From Yuukianura sp. NJ FZ-2021 (Eukaryota), in the NCBI GenBank assembly GCA_046563655.1, contig CM102288.1, positions 5,332,001-5,396,000 of the forward strand: DNA of 64,000 nucleotides, written 5' to 3'. Shown here piece by piece: positions 60,827-64,000 of the stretch (the first letter of the stretch is position 1; every line of letters begins with the position of its first letter). The notes under the pieces are model-generated. The model saw only the letters and a program-made list of their open reading frames with translations. It did not search any database and had not been told where the DNA came from. The translations under genes were made by a program, and so were the position numbers.

Positions 60827-61957
60827 ATGGCATCGGACTCCAATGACCAAATGGACACCACACCAATACAACAAGATGACATTTTGGAGCCATCAATTAG
60901 TCGCAACACTCTGCTCACCCAATACTATAGAGTGGGCATCATCAACTCTCAAAATCAAATCAGCCACTTCGAGGTAATTGACACGAGCATGGACGGGAAC
61001 TGTCTCTACCGCGCAGTCTCACAGGCACTCTTTGGTCACCAGGATGCTCATGAGCGCATTCGGGAGGAAGTTGGTAAGATTCCTGTTTCACTTTTTTACA
61101 TTTTGTCTTAACTGTGTCTGTCCGATTTCTGATTCCTGGCGAATAGTCAACCACATTTTGGAACCCGCGAACTGGCCAACCTTTGTAAACGACATTGCTG
61201 CCCAAAGCGAAGACTATGAACGAGCGGATCGACGACCTCGGGAAGGAGACGACGCTGAATCTGAGGACGATGTGCTGAAGCGTCGCTACGGAACGTACAT
61301 GCACCGCCTCGGGGAATGCGGAACCTTCGTGGAGATGATCGCTGCCAGCGATTTGTTCCAATTCAATCCAGTTGTACTTCGGATGATGGACAATCAAGTG
61401 TACAACATTCTGCCAATGAGAGAGCCGCGAAGGCCAGTCACTTTCCATTTCTTCTTCTCTGGAGTTGGCTCCGATTCGGGTCATTTTGAAAATCTGAAGC
61501 CAGTTTCTCCTGATCCGTATTTCAAATTTCAAATTTGTAGCATTTGGAATTCTATGATCAAACATTTTTTTTTTGATTTGTTGGTGTTCTTTTTTTGAAC
61601 TAGTTGTTAAAAAATTGGTTTCTAGAAATACCGAGCTTGTGACCTTTGACATTGAAAGCGGATTTTACAGTTTAGTGACTATTGACGACCACGGCGTCGT
61701 TATCCGACGACAACCATCGGCTCCTCCTGATCAAGCGTAACCAAAAATACTTTTTTGCTTTAATGCATTTCGTTTAATTAATTAACTAATTGCAAATTCA
61801 ATTTAAAAATTAATTAATTAATTTAATATAATTTTGACCTTAATTTTTTGTTTGTAGAGGAGATGGATCTCAGGCGAACAGAATTCGGCCTCGCTGTGGA
61901 AAAATTTTGAAAAGCAGAGTTACAGAAAAAGTTAAGAAAGGCAGAAAGAAGAAATAA
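60827..61957 (+). CDS. OTU-domain cysteine protease (deubiquitinase-like), 4 exons
   Basis: Exons 60827-61073, 61147-61516, 61671-61736, 61858-61957 splice in frame. Cys loop MDGNCLYRAVSQALFG, variable loop CGTFVEMIAASDLF, His loop SGHFENL and basic C-terminus KKGRKKK. The last two exons are less certain. Confidence 0.85.
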
Positions 61958-62462
61958 TCCAAAACCCTTTGATATGTGAATCCAAATGGAAAATCCCAGA
62001 ATCCAAAATTAATTTTCAAAAACGAAAACCTTCTGGAAATTACAAAAATACGGATATGAAAAACCGAGAAATGTCTAAGATGTGTTATAATTAATGCAAT
62101 AAAAGAAAACCGTGTAACTAACCTGCTGTATTTAGAAAAATAGTTTTTTTCAAAATTCACCTTTACTGATGTGATTGGCGTAACTACAAAGAAAAATTAA
62201 TTCTGCTAAATGACTCAAAAAAATTGGGGCATCATGAAAACTCAGGCTCTCTTCTAATATAATTCAGGCTGTCATTCGACTTAAAATTTTAAGTTTGGCA
62301 GGAAAACGTCTTTTGTGCACGAGCATGTCCAGGTCAAATCATTTGTTAAAATTCAGAATCGGATCAAGTAAAATTCAGGTTGAAGATTTAACAGTACCAG
62401 AAAAATTTCATTATTATAGCAGAACTGGTGACAAGTCGTCTGGTCGGATCCAGCAACTAAGA

Positions 62463-64000
62463 ATGAATTTAATCCTTATCTTGATTTTTGTAACTTTAGT
62501 TTCAAAAACTTGCGACAGTTTTCCCGCTCAACTACGAGGTTAAAATATATAAATTACGTAAAACAATTAGTAATAATAAGAAAAAGAATTTCAAATATTT
62601 ATTCGGAAATTCACAACGCAGTATAACCGCAATATAGAACGACCGTCTAATCCTCAGAATTGCGACCCTAACAAACCCTAAGCTAAAGTTGTGAGGATTA
62701 TTCAACGCAGCCTAAACTGTGTTATCAATTTTACGGTCTTATTCTTTCAATTATTAGAGCCAAGTGAAGCTGAAACTGTGGCTCCGATCACGAGAGGGCT
62801 TTCGAAAAGAGGAGAAACGTGGTCAAAAGGAATTGTTTACTATAATTTCAATAGTGATGTTGGTAAGTATTTATTTCGTATTTCCCTTTTAAGTTTTTTT
62901 TAATTCGAATTGGTAATTATAAATTTCCAGAACAGAAAACAAGAAACACAATACTGATGGCTATGAAGGCAATCAGTGATGCTACGCAGTCTGTTGTTAA
63001 GTTTGTGGAAAATAAAGACCACGAGAAGGAAGACGTAGTGGTTATTTATCAAACTTACCAAGGCCATAGCTGCTTTGCGCAATTAGGTTACCACGAATTC
63101 AGGACGGTATGAAGAAGAATGTTATTTCCGTAAAAAATACACTCTCTTGCAAAGACGATATAAATAAGTATCGCCAGATGAATTATAGAGAGCTCTCGCA
63201 CAGGGTATTGTTGACCTTCCCTTGATACTTTTAGAGGTCACTTGAGGTCATCAAAATCCCAGCAAAACAAACCGTTTCCGAGTCTGTGCATCCGGTTCCG
63301 TATTGTAAATGCAGCAAAACCTTGACCTTTGGCACCATTAGAGGTGATGTGAGGTGGATCCGAAAACGGATTCTTAGTCATCTTGTCAGTAGTTATTAAT
63401 TAGATGAGAAAACCGCTTAGAAATCAGTGTAGTGGTTATCGAGTTATAATCATTACAGACGGACGGACGGACAAGACGATCCCTATAAGTATCTGACAAT
63501 ACTGAATAAACGGTTGGATTAAGGGTTAATTGTATCTGTTGTAGCCACATAACTAGGGGTCGGAATCCGGAACGGGTTTCTTAAAATCCGGATTTCGGAT
63601 TTTGACGGATTTCAATCCTGAAATCCGGATTTATATGATACAGATATTGTATATGATACAGAGATTACGACTGACAATTATTCCTTACTTCAACCAACAA
63701 AACCACTTTGCAGAATCTTTGTCTTGTCAGAAATGACCGACCAAAAAGCATACTCAGTATGCCATTGCGCATTTTGCGAAACCAATATGTCTTCCCAATC
63801 ATATTCCATTTTTGTCTTTGATACAAATTCGGTTATTCCTACTCATGAGTACAAGTAATCCGTAAACTAACCTAATTTGTTAGATTATTAACGTGATTGT
63901 GCGTTATTAGGTAATGGCAGTTGTATTTGGTACAAAAAGAGTGGATTGCGGGAACGACCCCAAATTGAACGGTGTCGGAATTGCTGTACATGAATTGATG
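62463..64000 (+). CDS. Astacin-family (M12A) zinc metalloprotease, 3'-truncated by the window edge
   Basis: Signal exon starting at 62463 (MNLILILIFVTLVSKTCDS), exon 62758-62862 (RGETWSKGIVYY), exon 62931-63106 (ILMAMKAISDATQSVVKFVE...SCFAQLGY) and exon 63911->64000 ending GIAVHELM, the start of the HExxH zinc motif. Confidence 0.85.
63165..63510. mobile_element. Probable non-autonomous element with a (GACG)n microsatellite, DINE-1/Helentron-like layout, in an astacin intron
   Basis: AGACGGACGGACGGACA near 63457 within a non-coding block that enlarges the intron. A similar (CAGA)n tract lies at about 16537-16557. The classification is inferred and the boundaries are approximate. Confidence 0.35.

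Noticed and set aside
60960..61652. 230-aa minus-strand ORF
   Set aside because: Antisense to the OTU gene, which has catalytic motifs and consistent splice sites.

Overview
AT-rich eukaryotic (arthropod) genomic DNA with short GT-AG introns. The gene mix and intron sizes suggest a non-insect hexapod such as a springtail, which is inference only. Hand-spliced genes in order: 3' part of a pickpocket/DEG-ENaC channel (+); an intronless divergent ionotropic receptor (+); a 2-exon secreted peptide closely matching the plant antifungal beta-barrelin MiAMP1, with kappaB sites upstream (+); a synaptotagmin-1-like tandem C2 gene apparently lacking a transmembrane helix (+); a secreted Gln/Gly/Tyr-rich protein (+); a 65-aa six-Cys secreted peptide missed by the ORF track (+); a secreted defensin-like two-domain protein (-); a CYP3-clan P450 (-); about 17 kb with no recognisable coding sequence; a 10-exon neuroligin with one GC-AG intron (+); an OTU deubiquitinase-like gene (+); and the 5' part of an astacin metalloprotease (+). 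Repeats include four copies of a MITE family, tRNA-derived SINE-like fragments, minisatellites and a perfect 23-bp hairpin. The most striking observation is the intron-containing MiAMP1-family gene in an animal chromosome, a candidate horizontally acquired immune effector, within 12 kb of two other unrelated Cys-rich candidate antimicrobial peptides. All family assignments are by motif recognition; no database search was run.
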